A DNA stretch of 64,000 nucleotides from Marsupella aquatica (lineage: Eukaryota; Plantae; Marchantiophyta). Every line of letters starts with the position of its first letter. Positions within the stretch are counted from its first letter, which is position 1. The DNA lies in assembly GCA_973895155.1 (NCBI GenBank), contig OZ316894.1, positions 20,156,451-20,220,450 on the forward strand. Direction: 5' to 3'. Under the pieces are notes generated by a model. The model did not search any database. It was given only the letters and a program-made list of their open reading frames with translations, and was not told where the DNA came from. Below are positions 13,701 to 27,328 of the stretch, piece after piece. Position numbers and translations under genes: made by a program.

Positions 13701-14219
13701 GACCAAGCACACCGGCTCCCACAATGGCGGTGACGTTGTGATAGGTTGCATACCACCATTTGCCATTGCGGGAGAAGTCCAGAGGTAGCACAAAGCCCTC
13801 ATCGGTTTCTTCGGCATCCTGTGGGCTTGGACCACGAACTCCAGAGTTACGACTGTATAACTCTACACAAGACACCTCAGCAGCGGAATTTGAACCCAAT
13901 CTCTTTTTTCTGAACAGTCTACATTCAATTGCCAAATAAGGTTTACTCATACAATTGGTATCAGTCACAGATCAAGCAGGTACTGGACAAGAATGTATTC
14001 AGTACTGGAGTTAATAACAGAGGTCCTAAACTCAAAAAGCGATGAGACTTCACGTCGAGAACGACGAGAAGAGCTATATCGTTGACCATACGCTACCATT
14101 ACTTGTACGTTAATACTGACACTGACCATCAAGTCTTCCCGTACCTTATCATCCATTTTGCCGATAGGTCTTCGATCTGACAAGGTCACTGGATGCCCAT
14201 CCTCAACAGACGTTGCCAT
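10702..14219 (-). CDS. Lysine/histidine transporter (LHT, AAAP family)-like amino-acid permease; exons ~14219-14145, ~13852-13673, 13453-13031, 12790-12289, 11854-11734, 11515-11424, 11232-11164, 10947-10702
   Basis: Motifs [108 protein letters not shown]. Junctions from exon 2 onward are phase-consistent GT-AG; the exon 1/2 junction is unresolved. Confidence 0.88.
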
Positions 14220-16999
14220 CGCACGTACTGCACAACTATTGTGCTCCCGAGGGCGACTCAGTTTTCCCGCTTGTAGCTAGATTTTCCGCTTGTAGCTCTC
14301 GTATAATTGTAGGACAATTAGCCTTCCAACAATTACCGGAGTACGGGAGCACCAGTTTAGCTACGTCAGAATGGTGTAGAGGATTTAGATCATGTATTAG
14401 CAACTCTGTGTCCGATAATGGTTCGAATTAACTGCAGTCTCGGAAATCCAAACATTTGTATGTCGATCACCTCAGGCTCTCGCTCAGCGCCCCATAGCCG
14501 GAGTGAACCGATGCGGCTCCGACATACTAGACAAACAACCGGGCCCCACACTTAATTCAGTACAGCGAACAATTAGGAAGGTGGACTCCCGCGTGACTTC
14601 GGCAAAGGCAACGCGTTGGACGACTTCTGAGGTGGCTCCTTCGAGAAGCCTTTCGACGGAAGTCCTACGAAATTTCCTTTTCTTTGGATTGCAGTCTGCG
14701 GTCACCAATTCGTCACAATGTTGTGGGGCCTCGCTCGCTATGCGGGAAAGCGAGAATTCATACCTCTCAGAAATGAAGGATGGTAAATCCTGTTCCACAC
14801 TTTTCTGCTTTCGAAACACACCACTTTCGCAGAAACATTGGAGCTATTTACCACTATGCACTGTCCGTCGATCGCTTCTTACTTTCCATATTTAGTCAGG
14901 AAAGACGATACGGCACATGGAGTAAAAGTAAAGTTCCATCTCTTTGAACAATAGAAGAAGTTTGGTTGACTTGTTGACGACTTTTGAACTTGTCTTGTGC
15001 GCGTGGTGTCGGAAGCTGCGGTTTGCGTTATCTGACAAAATCATAAGACGTGTGCATGATTAATTAAACCGCCACTACCCAAGAGAAAAACCTGGTGGAG
15101 TCCACGGCATTCCTGATACTCTTTGGCCCCGGTCAACCTGACACCTTCTGACCCAATCATTTTATCTTTTGGCCCGGTCAGGTAAATAATGCTAGTGCAC
15201 AGTGTTTACTCAACACTGTTCCTGGTGCACCACAGCGAGCATAGTTCAACTAATTCCGTTTTGTTGTGCTGCTAGGTCTACAGCCATTCCACTGACATCC
15301 ACTTGCACACCGTCTGTCTACTCTGCGACAACCATTCCACACAGCCATTCCTTCTTCGACTTCGACTGCGCCCTCCTTTCGACATCTCTCTTCTCTTCCC
15401 CTCCTACAAATCATCGTCTGGATCTCCAGTTCGTAAATCAATATGCATATTGTCGTCTACGAGAGGTAAGTAGTAAGTGGAGTAGCAGGGAAGTTCAACT
15501 GACAACACACAATTTTCACAGACGAAAAGCACGAATCAGAATCCGGCCATGTCCCAAATTGCATAGCTCGCAAGTGCATTTACCATCTCTGAGCATGAAC
15601 TTCACTAGCGAATTTAGAGAGCTATCACATTGTGAGCACCAAATCAAGGCGCAAAGACATACTTCGGGCTGAAATTATTGTTTCTGTCGCGGCTGTGTGA
15701 TTTGGATCTTTGACGTACTTCTCAGAACGTCTAATTTTTGGTGAATTTATGAGCAAAGATACAGGAAACTGTTGGGAACTTTACTTTGTTACACACGAAA
15801 AGTACATAGTTTAGTGTTTAGTGTTTTCTTCTTTAGATAATATTTCTGTTAGGTAGGATTTGTTTATGTTAGGTAAGCTTAACTTATTATCTCTGACTTC
15901 CTGCGCCTGCTTAAACCACCACTCTCCATATAAAAGGAGAAGTGTCCAAGACTCCTCACTTTTTCACTTTTCTCTCCTCTCGGGTGAGACTTTGCTCCAC
16001 AATATTAAGAAAAGATACTAAAAATGATGAAACCTGGTTTTGTGATGGACAGTGGGGCTTTAAGAGGAGTGTTGCATGAGCAGTGTTGCCTTAAGCTTAG
16101 GAGCACATCGTGGTGATTGGCTCCCCCCCTGGGTGGGTACTATTTGTTAAGCTCCACTAGCTGGTCCCAATAGTTCAGAAAAGCTTCCTATTGGAATCAC
16201 ACTGTATCATAGCCATTAGCTGAGGCTGCACGGGCAGGCCTTTGGGGAGTTAGTGACCTGCACGATCTGGACACATTGTGTATCGAGGGGGCCACATGGG
16301 AATATGCAAGGCACGGTGAGCAAGGGACTCATGTGCACCATTCTAATTAATATAGAGTATCGATTGTTTTCCGGGATCAAATGCTAACTGTTCTTGTTCT
16401 CCTTCTGATTGTATTAATATTCTCTTTGTGTAGCCTATCTTGCTACCGTGCGGACCAGGACCAAGTGCTAACTATTCTCTTTTGCTAATTTGTCTAGTAT
16501 TCTCTCTATGTGTCCTATATTGCTACCCTGCAGGCCCTATATAACTATTTTGTTTGTCATTACTTGTAAGTCTGTACACGTGTTTTCTTCCTTTTTTTCC
16601 TTTTTCTCCTCCTCGTAGGCAATTTGATGTACCCTAGTGTCCATAAAGTTATGGAGAACAGAATTTATATCTCCATTTATAGTCCATAACTTTTTGCCAT
16701 AAGTATTGGTCTTATATATGCTATAACCATTAGTCACTGTAGAGACTGGTGAAAAAAAAAAACAAAAAAAAACTTGTATAGAGTCTTGTGAAAAAGTTAT
16801 GTCGACCCCGGTTATGATTGTATGCGATATAGTAGGTAGCCAGCCTCGCAGGTCCAAATTTCAACGAAGGAAGGTGACCTTGATGCTAAGTATACTACGA
16901 TGTAGTAGGTAGCCAGCCTCGCAGGTCTATTCTTTATGATCATCTATAATTTCCAAAAGCTTTGAGATGCCCTAATTAATAGTCAAGCATCATGATGAT

Positions 17000-17490
17000 T
17001 GCCGGAAACATTAAGCAGATCACTGGGTCAATCTTCCAATTACGTAATCTGGAAATGGCCTAATTGACTGGGGCATCTTGGAGGATCATGATCTTTGGTA
17101 CCTTGTGAATGAGGACAGGGCTGTCCTTTCTGCAGAAGAAATCTGAAGCCAGTGATAAATTCTTTTCTTTCTGCAAACTCATTGAATCGAAAACCAGTTC
17201 AATTAATGTCAAGATTAGTTCTCTTTGCACTAACAGACGGGGAGAATTTTTGTCAACTGAAGGGAATTTTGGAATTTTTGTGAGAAACGTGGCATCTCAA
17301 GGCAATATCTTGACGGCAGCCTATACCCCACAACAAAATCAAACTCTGGTTGAAAGACCCCGGTCCATGCTCATTCATATCCATCCACCTCACAGTTTAT
17401 GGTGAGAGGCTCTGCATACTGCTAATTTCTTAGTCAATAGATCTTGATTGAGCCAACTCTGGCACTACTCTTCATGAAAAACTGTATGAA
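17000..17490 (+). mobile_element. Ty1/copia integrase remnant
   Basis: FLQKKSEA..F, TNRRGEF, TAAYTPQQN, RSML..LW*EALHTANFLVNRS: a degenerate rve domain with stops. Confidence 0.75.
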
Positions 17491-18150
17491 CAAGAAGCCT
17501 CAAGGGATGAGTCCAACGACTTGTTTATCTTTTCAAAACTTTCATGATATACCAAAACGTGTTCCAAAACAACATAAAAAAGTGGAATATATTTTTCAAA
17601 TTAGACTCTGGAGAGTTTAACCATCAAAATTTAATCATATTTAATATAGTATTTTCACAATTGTGTAAATCTTGAAATATGCACTTTATAATGGTGGTAA
17701 AAAATGAAGTCATTGATCTAAGTTTGCCAAACTCAACGTTTTACAAAATATCACCCCACTTATGACCTAGTACTAAGATCCAACGCTCTGAGTCTCTCCC
17801 GGGGTCTCTCCATCAAGTTAGTCTAATCCAAAGGTACCGCTTCCCCTTTCCCGCTGAGTTTAGTGCAGTTAGACACTCACTAAAGGACAAAATATTGTCA
17901 AGTCTTAACGACAATATAGAAGTGTATTTATGTCTACAAGAGTGTAAACATTAATGCATTTATTGATTGGTTACGGCAATGCCTACATAAGAAGCATTAT
18001 TAATAAATGCAGCACACAATTATGTAAAAGCACTTTCATACACTTATCCAGTTGAAGTGTGCAATATGAGGGCTCAGGATATGAGGAGTCCAATGTGTGT
18101 GACCGGACAACACAACATGGAAGACGCATAAGTTATTTCCCATAGTTACA

Positions 18151-21100
18151 TGTGACAAGGCCCCAAACCCAGTAGTAACTTAGGGATAACTTATAATTGC
18201 ATATATAAGTAGAAAGACAAGTAGGTGTAGCAAAAGTGTTTGGATTTTTAATTTTTTTTAGTTTTTGTTAGTTCTAATAAATTGATGCGACAATCGGAGG
18301 CCGGAGTTGAGAGGGGTGTTGGGCGGTGATGGATGACAATGGAGCCATTGAGGGGGTACAAGGAGGCCAAAAGGCAGCCCAAGGACTTGGAAGCCAAGGT
18401 GTGGGAATCTTGGAGGGGTGGGGGCTGGTCGGAGGCTCCACGTAAGGCGCAAAACGGGAAGAATGACCAAAATATAGAAAACATTGAAACTTAAAACAGA
18501 TGTTGCTGCGCTAGTACTATTCCAAACATGGTCATGTTTGGATTCATTTTGAAGCCCTCAATGAGCCCCATGCGAAACTGAGGTTCTCTAGTTGATTTTA
18601 GGTCTATATCAAACAGTGACATCTCGAGGGACCTAAACTCCCATAAAATGGCAAACTAGACCATCTTGGAGTAGTGATGGTGGAAGGGCCCTTAGAAGGA
18701 AGGGACTCCCACAATTTCCCTTCCTCAATCCGTAGTTTTCCATAATTTTCCTTCCCCACTTCGTAGAAGGGGCACTCTGTAGAAGAACACATCTGTAGAA
18801 GGGGCCCCCACACTTTCTTCCTCCCCTTTTTCTCTATTCTCACTTGTGAGGTTCCCACTCATTCCTAAACACTTTTTCTATTGTGCTTGCTTTCAATGTG
18901 TGTACGGACCTTGGTTGTACGAACATCAGGTTTTTGGCCATCTCAAAATCAGGAGTCTACGGTTTTGTTGGAAAGAGCTCGCCGAGCTGAATCCAACGAT
19001 GTGTCACACGGCCGAAATGAACCTAAGACGGGGGAGATACAACAAATCGCATTTTTTGAGAATACTGGGGCTTTTGAGGCGTACGGACGTCCGTACTGCA
19101 AGAGGTCTCGGCTTTGCAAGGGAAGGAGGAGGTAGCAGCACATACGAGGAACCGTGATCCGTGTTTTGCAAAGCCGGGGCCCCTTGGTGTTGTATGGACG
19201 AAACGGAGGGAGACGGTGCCCCGTAAAAACTTAAACGATCATATCTTGGCCGTTTGACCTCCGTTTTGTGCACCGTTTACGGAGCCGTGATCAGGAAGAG
19301 GAGGGCTCCTCAGATATGTTTTCAGAAGTGAATTTTGAGAAAATTTTAGTTTTGATAATTGTAGGGGCCCTCTCCTTTTATGACGGACCGGTGGTGGTGA
19401 TCAGGAGGATTGAGGCTGGTAGGCAGGGTAGATAGATAGGATAGGAGGTGGTGGACTCAAGTGAGTCCTTGCTTAGCGAAGTGGCATTCACTCCAGATGA
19501 AAGTGATGACAAGGCCAACTCACGGGGCTCAAGCCATGGTATCGTGAGTCATGAGGAGGAGGACTAGGGTGGCCGTATGGACTTGGTCGTACGACCTCTT
19601 AATTTTGATACTTTTGAAAGTGGGCACTCACGGGCTTGTTGGAAAGAGCTCGCGGAGCTGATTCCAACAAGAGGCAACGCTCCTCAAACAGAGCCAGGAT
19701 GAGAAAGTTAGAGCCCCGAAGTTGGTTGGTATGAGATACTAAAATAACCATAACTTGGTCGTCCGATGTCCGTTTTGGGAACGGTTTGGTGATTCATGAT
19801 CAGGAGGAGCAGGGAAACCCAGGAATGTGCTCAGAGGTGCAATCAAAGTGGCCCCAAGTTTTGGCAATTGTAGGGTCCCTTGTATTTTTGCTGTTTACGG
19901 AGTGATTTTGTGGGGCACCATCGAAGGCACCGTCGGCCCCTTGGTTAGGTAGGGTTAGGGTTATATGTGTGCCGCATATTTCTAGGGTTTAGTTGACATT
20001 CACCTGTTGGTGATAGGATTTTAGGTGGCGCCGCTAGGAGAAAGTGGCGGCTTCCAATGTTGAGCATAGACGACATTCGCAACTACAAGCCCATGAACCA
20101 TCCAATGTACAAGAGTCGACACAGAGAGATACGTGGTTCACCTCCACATGAGGCTATGTCCATGAGAACACACAAGAGCTTTACTGCACTCTAGGCCGAC
20201 TGGCCATACCAAGCATCCACAACGCAAGCTCTCCCTATCTCTCAACTAGCTTCGTAACAATGAGCCTAAGTTCCACCAGGGTCTAGCATCAGCCCTGGCT
20301 ATACACACAACAGCACTACCGCTAACATTAGCTAAGTCCTAACCCGAGTTAGACTAACTATGGTTAGCTCATGAGTCACAAGACTAGAGCAATATCTAAC
20401 ATCCAAGTGCCGTTGGGAGCTTGGATGTTTTGGGGGTTCAAGAGTATTTAGGGGGAGAGCCCCGTAGTGAATGGGGGGGAACTCAGTTTGAAGTTAGAGG
20501 GAGGATAGCGGATAGCATTAGGAGCTTGAGAGTGTGTTCAGAGTAGTGAGGTGGAAGCCATACTCATTGTCCGGGAAGGGAGGAGTTGGGGAGACGGCAG
20601 GAGGCCAGGTTACTCATGCAATGTGTATCACTTTCACCAAAAGATATGGATCTGAACATTTTAGTTGATGGATTTCTTTTGTGTGATTCCTCTCCCTCTG
20701 CCTTCTCCGTAGTTGTGTTCTCACTTGTATGATTTGAAGACACTTGCATGGTTTGGGTCGGCCTTGTGAGTAGGGGTGGTGATAACACCCTTTGGACGAC
20801 CCTGCGTGGAAATGAGAAGAGAGTAGTCGGCAAGACTTGATCAAAAGCTGTGGGGTGGAGTAGTCGGTAGACTTGATCAAAACGTACATTTCCGGGAGCG
20901 GAAACTAAACTACTCATCCTTGGTGTGAGAATAATCCAAATAGCGTCCCTCCGAAGTAACCCGTACACGATACAAACGATGTAGTAGAGAAAACTACGTA
21001 GTTGTCGTCTTAATCGTTTGATAAGCAAGTGACATTACACAGTCATACTTATTACCGAGTGCAGACCATGCACATATGGAGAAGCCAGGGCATAAATGAT

Positions 21101-22200
21101 GTCCCATAGTGGTGGACCTTGCCACCCAACGCCCTCACCAATCCCAACACCCACGCCTAAGGGCCCCTGGTGCCCAAATGCCTCCACGAAAATCCTCGAG
21201 AAAGCAACTCCATGCCCTTGCACTGCCCACAACCCCTCCCATATGAAGCCATGCTTGCTCCCTAACACGATTGTCGCTCAGATCCTCACTGTCTGCACAA
21301 GCAACCAAGTACCTTGGTAAGTAACCTGAAAGGATCTAGATCTCCCCAAGTCTAGCATCCTAACTCAAGCTCAATAGACATTTGGTAAGTAGGTCAACGA
21401 TAGGTCCTCCCGTTGCCATAAGCCGGAACCAAAGCCTACCCCACCATTCATTCAGAACAACCCCTCTTTGGGTGCAGCCCAAGTTTCCCCTTGTACCTAT
21501 CCATCACCAACTAACCACCCTACCCCCAGGACATGCTCATGGCCCAAATAGCATAGCTTGTCCTGGCTAAAGCTTGTCCCATCACACACGAGACCACAAT
21601 GACCCCGACTCTCGCAACCAACTCCTAATTCTCGCCTCACTGATGGTCTAGGGCCCAATTTCCCTTGGAACTCAACCTGCATGCCTACTTGGCCTTGCCT
21701 CCCCAATGCAAGCACCCTGGCTTGGGAGACTAAAGGCGGCTTGGTTGCTATTTTGGCAGGATTTGGTAAGCAAGCGAGATAACCCCCGCAAACCCCCGCA
21801 AACCCATGACATCCCTAGACCCAGCTGAGCTCAGGAGGATGTAGTCCTCTTTGAGATTTTCTAACGCACCCAAGATGTCCTCCAACAAACTTTCCATTGG
21901 AAAGTTATCATCATTTTTGTTTGGTGTTTTCAATTCCCTTAGTGTCACGACCGTCGAGACTCACGAATTAGGTTCGCCCTAGCCCCCAGGAAGACACCAC
22001 TCCCCTCATATATGATTCTAGAGACTTGTCCCCCCCCACCTACTTTGGTTTCCAAATTCGGGCCTCCCACTTGGACCCCAACCCGCACGTCTGGGTGCGC
22101 CACCAACTGGCTATGCCCATAACTTTCTAGTTAGGCATTCGTAAGCAAAGTGCTTTAGCATGTTGTGATTGGACCGACCCAGTGCTCACGTCTAGCCCCT
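18151..22200. mobile_element. Degenerate LTR-retrotransposon-like (probably Ty3/gypsy) sequence
   Basis: TGTGAC start at 18151 and internal direct repeats (TTGTTGGAAAGAGCTCGC at ~18965 and ~19636; TGATCAGGA-GAG blocks). No intact ORF, and the boundaries are unresolved. Confidence 0.35.
20058..20401. mobile_element. Solo LTR (344 bp)
   Basis: TGTTG...CTAACA flanked by 5-bp direct repeat TCCAA (20053-57 and 20402-06). Confidence 0.75.
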
Positions 22201-22252
22201 CAAAATTTGTTGATGCCCCCCGATCGGCCAAACCTGGATTGGGTTGTAGCTC

Positions 22253-22539
22253 CTCGGGGGTCTCACTATATGGATGCCTCCCCATCATCTGCGACATTTC
22301 TGGGCCCCGAACCCCCTAAAATGTAAGAAAAAATATTTTATTTTTCAACCCCTATGAATTTGGAATATTCCAAAAATTTGATTATAAGGACCCTAATCTT
22401 CTTATAAGTCTCAAAATTTGATTTAAAAAACCTTATTGTTCTTCTCATAAAATTCTTAAGTCTTCCCTTTGAAGCAATAAAATGACCCTATACTTTGTCG
22501 CACGTGATGTGCCATTTTTGTGGAAGTGAAACCCCCGAG
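22253..22539. mobile_element. MITE family A (TIR CTCGGGGGT.TCAC)
   Basis: TIRs CTCGGGGGTCTCAC / GTGAAACCCCCGAG. Degenerate 8-bp TSD TGTAGCTC/CGTAGCTT. Colinear with the copy at 51339. Confidence 0.85.
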
Positions 22540-22661
22540 CGTAGCTTGTGCCCCAAGCGTCCATTGCCCATGGAGTAAACTTCATTTGTCTTGGGCCCAA
22601 GAGGAGCTCTCACTCAAGCCCTCAGAACTCAAAGTTTGTCGAGGGGTCCGAATAGTCAACC

Positions 22662-22905
22662 CTCGGGGGGTTCACTATATGAAGGGTCATACATCACGTG
22701 CGACGGTTTGGGTCATTTATGACCCCCTAAGTCACTTTCTATAAAGTTGTACGACACCAATCATGTGATGACACGTATGCATTTTGCAATTAAGCAACCC
22801 TATGTTTCCATTGAAGACTTAATGAGTCTTCCACCAAAACCATTTAAATGGCGCTATATTTCGTCGCACTTGATATGCCACTTCCATGGAAGTGAACCCC
22901 CCGAG
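22662..22905. mobile_element. MITE family A variant
   Basis: CTCGGGGGGTTCAC...GTGAACCCCCCGAG with perfect 8-bp TSD AGTCAACC. Confidence 0.9.
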
Positions 22906-24180
22906 AGTCAACCTTGAGTCCGGCCCTTTTTGCTTGACCCAACCAGCTCTCAGCTAGTCTAAGTCCTTAGTGTGCATCACCAGCTTAGCGTCTTGCCTTT
23001 GTCAGTGTCATGCCCCATTGCCCACAAGTCTCTTCATGCTAAGTCCTCCCCGGCCAGATGGCCGTTCCGGGCCTGCCACAGGGGAGCTCGGCGTCGGAAT
23101 CAGCGACGCCAAAGCTAAGTGTTAAGGTAATCGAATTCTGCAACTCCCATGCACTACAACATATATAGTACATTCCATGGCTGGATAAGTGTTGGTTGCA
23201 CTAAATTGGTAGTGTCTTCGATTCCGGGGAGCCTACACTTAGACACGGTTTAATCAATGCACAGTTCCTCAATCTTCCACCCCCTCTCCCTCCCTTACTT
23301 GCTCACGTACATACCCACACCTCCAATCCACATCATCTTAGTGCCAATACATTTGGGAGATATACACTCGATGGACCCCCAAAATGAGAATTGTTACTTG
23401 ACACTTCCTGTGCATATGCAGACACTTCAAACCATGGTGACACACATCCACCAATCCTCCCCCCATGCCCATCAGGTCTTAAATTTTAGTATCAAATGTT
23501 GCAAATACAAAAAAAATCCAAAATTCTGACTTAGAAAGCTTTGGACAGTAATTAACATTGCTAAACAGACCAGAGTGAATGCTGGGATATATACTCAGTG
23601 AGGTTAAGTTCAACTGACCTTTGTGGGGTTGTGGTAAAATCGCAAAAGGCATATGGCCGGACTGCTAGGACATTGTGAGAGAGTCTAGAGCTTGGTCTAG
23701 AGATGAAGATGTCGATTGAAACATTGAATACAAGGATTCAGTCAGTGGATGTTGATGACACTAAATTACTGCATGTTCTAACCGTGGTTGAAACGGGGGT
23801 TGAAACATCCTTACCGTGGAGATATGTGTTGGCTTGGTTGATGGATGGTACATGTCAATGCAAGATGGCTTCGCTGATGGATGGTATGTCAATGGAGGTT
23901 GATGAAAACAAAATTGCACTGCGCGCATCTTCATGTCATGGTTGGGACATGATTGCACTAGTCAGACAAAGGAGCTCCAACTTTCAAAGTAACTGTTGCT
24001 TGCTATATTGAATGTTCTGTTGCTAGAGTAATTAAGATAAACTGGCGCTCTCTTAGAGTAGCTTTTGTACTTGGGAAAACAAAATTGACAAAGGACTAGT
24101 ATACTCCGGCGGTAGCTGCAAAGCTAGGGGGCCATGCGGCACATGATTAAATGGTATGGATTAAAAGTTCATATAAGATA

Positions 24181-24451
24181 CTCAAGGGCCTCAATCCAAG
24201 GGGTGTCCCATATCACGCGCAAAGTTTTGAGTGAATAAACACCCTAAAACTTAAGTCAATAGAGTTTTTAAAGGTTTTTTTGCCTCTATTTTGGTTTAAA
24301 AAACCCTATGATTTTTATAATTCTCAAAACTGGATTAAAATAACCTTAATATTCTTCAACAAAAATTTAAAATTCTTTCACTAAACTGAATAAAAAAACC
24401 TATACTTATTCGCACGTGATGGGTTGGAAGAAAATAAATTAGGACCCCGGG
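24181..24451. mobile_element. Diverged MITE family A copy
   Basis: Same AT-rich body and subterminal ATCACGCGC / TCGCACGTGAT motifs, with eroded TIRs. Flanks ATAAGATA/ATCACATA (6/8 match). Confidence 0.55.
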
Positions 24452-24754
24452 ATCACATAATTAAAATATTCACAGCAACTTGTCCATCACACACTCCTAG
24501 CCTGCAAAACAAATTAAAAACTATACACCAAATGAATTGAGAACTGGCTACAATTCAAATTATTGCACAAGATTTTCTTATGACATTGCGTGCACTCAAG
24601 TCTGTAATATATTGCACAAATGAAACAAAGTTATCAGGAAGGTTGTGGGCCATGATCAGGGCCATCACCCGGGCCATAATTCCCTGGCTGAGGTTGGGGG
24701 AATTAGTTGATTCAAATCTGTGTATTATTGGTGTGGATTGATCTGCAAGTCTCC

Positions 24755-24938
24755 GGCCAAAGCACAGTTGTTCCAGTATTCAATAGTTCCTGTTCTCTAT
24801 GGCCAAAGCACAGTTGTTCCAATATTCATTAGTTTCTGTTCTCTATGGCCAAAGCACAGTTGTTCCAATATTCATTAGTTTCTGTTCTCTATGGCCAAAG
24901 CACAGTTGTTCCAATATTCATTAGTTTCTGTTCTCTAT
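24755..24938. repeat. Tandem repeat, 4 x 46 bp
   Basis: Unit GGCCAAAGCACAGTTGTTCCAATATTCATTAGTTTCTGTTCTCTAT. Confidence 0.95.
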
Positions 24939-27328
24939 AACTGACTAGTCTCTTCTTCAAGGGCCATGGCCTGTAACGCCCTCGGGCTGACCACCTCATG
25001 GGATAACAGCCCATAACCCCCTTGTGATTACTTAGCTGCCATCCCTTTCTAGTGCAAGGGAAAAAACCCTCTCTGCATGTCCAACCCCATTGTCATTCGC
25101 AGAGTAGTTCCACAAAACCTAAAATCAAGTCTGCACCAAGATCTACAATAAACGTAGCCTAAACGTCTCGCAGATTGAGAACCTTGTTGGGAACGTTAGG
25201 AACAAGCTTCAAGCTAGAATCACTGACAAAAACCAGAAGAGCAGGGGGTTGAATGGTACCACATGGAGATTCTTTGTAAAGTATCGGACTCAAGTTAGTG
25301 GGACCTCTAGTATTCCTAATTTGGAACTCAGTCACATATTTTGTGATGAGGTGCCCTTTAATTTATTGGACGAGCTGCTGATTGGGCAGCAATTTATGGT
25401 ATATGGTCTGTTGGACATGACTACTGTTCCCAAAACAGATCGATGATGTCTCCTTAAGTATCAAAAGTTTATGTAAATCAAAACAGTAATGGAACTTAAA
25501 ACAGGATTGGAACTTAAAACAGCATTGGAACTTAAATCAGTATTGGAATAATTCTTGTATCAAAGCTTGTCAAAGAATAGGCACTTATGATCATGTGGTT
25601 TGAGCTATGAACAAAAGAGAAATCTCTCCTAAGAGCCTGGCCCCTGATGACCCTTAAACCAAACGTAAATCTTGCCGTCCTACTTGCCTGCTTCGTGTCA
25701 TATCGCTTCGTGCTTCCTACCCAGCTAGAGTGGTACTTGCCTGCTTAGTCGGTGTCATATCGCTCGCTGCTTCCCACCCAGCTAGAGTGGTCACAGCCGG
25801 GGTCACAGCTAGAGTTATCCAGTTTTCTTTTGTTTTCTTTGATCCTTTGAATTTAATTGAGTGTATTTTGGTGCATTTCTCATGATCTTCGGTGGCTCTT
25901 CGTCTCCTTCCTGGGGTGGCTTCCTCCTCGAATCTATAGAAATTTAGAGCGACAGCAGCTAGCACTTTTGGAGAGAAATCTCTAGCGAAGGTGAGAGAGA
26001 GGATGAACCAGAACTCAGGTGAGACATCTCGAGAGCAGCACGCGCGCAGCAAAGCGAAGGTGAGAGAGAATTAAAATGAATCAGAGCTCAGGTGAGAAAT
26101 CACGAGAGCAGCAGCAACAGGTCTGGAGTGAGATCTAGTCAGAGCTCCTCGTGTTTGCAATCTCAAATTAAGTTCTTTCCAATATGTTCCAAAACAATGT
26201 CGCCCAATTGAATGTGTGCTTTCGACGTTTTTTCCTCATTCTGCCTCACGCTCCCTGTCCTACTGAAAGACAGAATGAGGAAAAAACGTCGAAACTCTCT
26301 GTCTCACGCTCGCTGTCCTGTGTGCTTTCCATCGTAGGCCGGAGACACCGCTCACAGGATAGGGATCAGACTCAACACACACATGCGCAATACTCTCCCG
26401 ACCCGGGCCACTCGTTCAGGTAATATATATAGGCCCAAAACTCTTTGTTACAACAACTGCAATAGGAACTTTGTATTATTTATGGGAGTTTCCTTCCTGA
26501 GCTAAGCATTTCGTTGGTTCCTATCAAGCTTCTACGTCCATCCGCCAGTAACATGCGACTTTTTGTAACTACAATCAATGACAAATTAAATCGAGCTCCA
26601 GTTATTCCTCAGTTCGAACAGTACTGTCATTTGTGAGTTCCCGATTTTTCAACGGCCCTCTTGGGACGTCCTTTCAGTAGACTCCTCAGGAATTCAGCCG
26701 TGTTCTATCGTTGTGTTCTTGTCTGGAATCTTGTCTGATGGATTACACATACAGTTTCTCTGGGAATTTGGGACTGGTAAATTATACCATGAGTCAAGAT
26801 AACAGTATTTCTCAATAATTCTTCTCAACTTCCACCAAAATTGCATAAACTGACCAAATTTGGAGCCACCAATAAATCCTCCATCGAACGTAATCGCTCG
26901 TGAATTTTTTCTTGTACTTTGATCGACAGCAATGGCCATAATTCCCTGGCGAAAGTTGGGGGATTCTCTCATTTAAATGTTTGTGTTATTCGTGTCATCC
27001 ACGGCTCCTCCTAAGCACAGTTCTCCCAATATTCATTAGTCGAGTGAATGCTAGGTAACTCCTCTCCTCTTGAAGGGCCACTGCCTGTAACCGCCTCGGG
27101 CTGACCACCTTGTGGGATTAACCCTTGCTAGTGCAGGGGAAAAGCCTTCTCTTGTGGGATTAACCCCACTGACTAGCTATCATTCCCAAAATAATTAATC
27201 CCAAAGCATCCGGAAACTAACTCTGCAACAAACTATACAGTGAAGTACTCCAAACGTGTCCCAGATTGGAAACAAGCTCCTTGGAAGCTTCTTACAAAAA
27301 ATGCAGAGGAGCTGGGGATTCAAAGGTA

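Noticed and set aside
14484-15672. ORFs of 111-156 aa upstream of the LHT gene, one with an NLS-like PKKRK
   Set aside because: No recognisable domain, non-ATG starts and overlap on both strands. A possible non-coding exon (donor at ~15466) has no supported downstream CDS.
15770-16530. Possible solo LTR (TGTTGG start, TATA-like TATAAAAGG)
   Set aside because: I could not find a matching CA end with a TSD.
24755-24938. Regular short repeats resembling a CRISPR array
   Set aside because: Units are head-to-tail with no unique spacers, there are no cas genes, and the context is eukaryotic.
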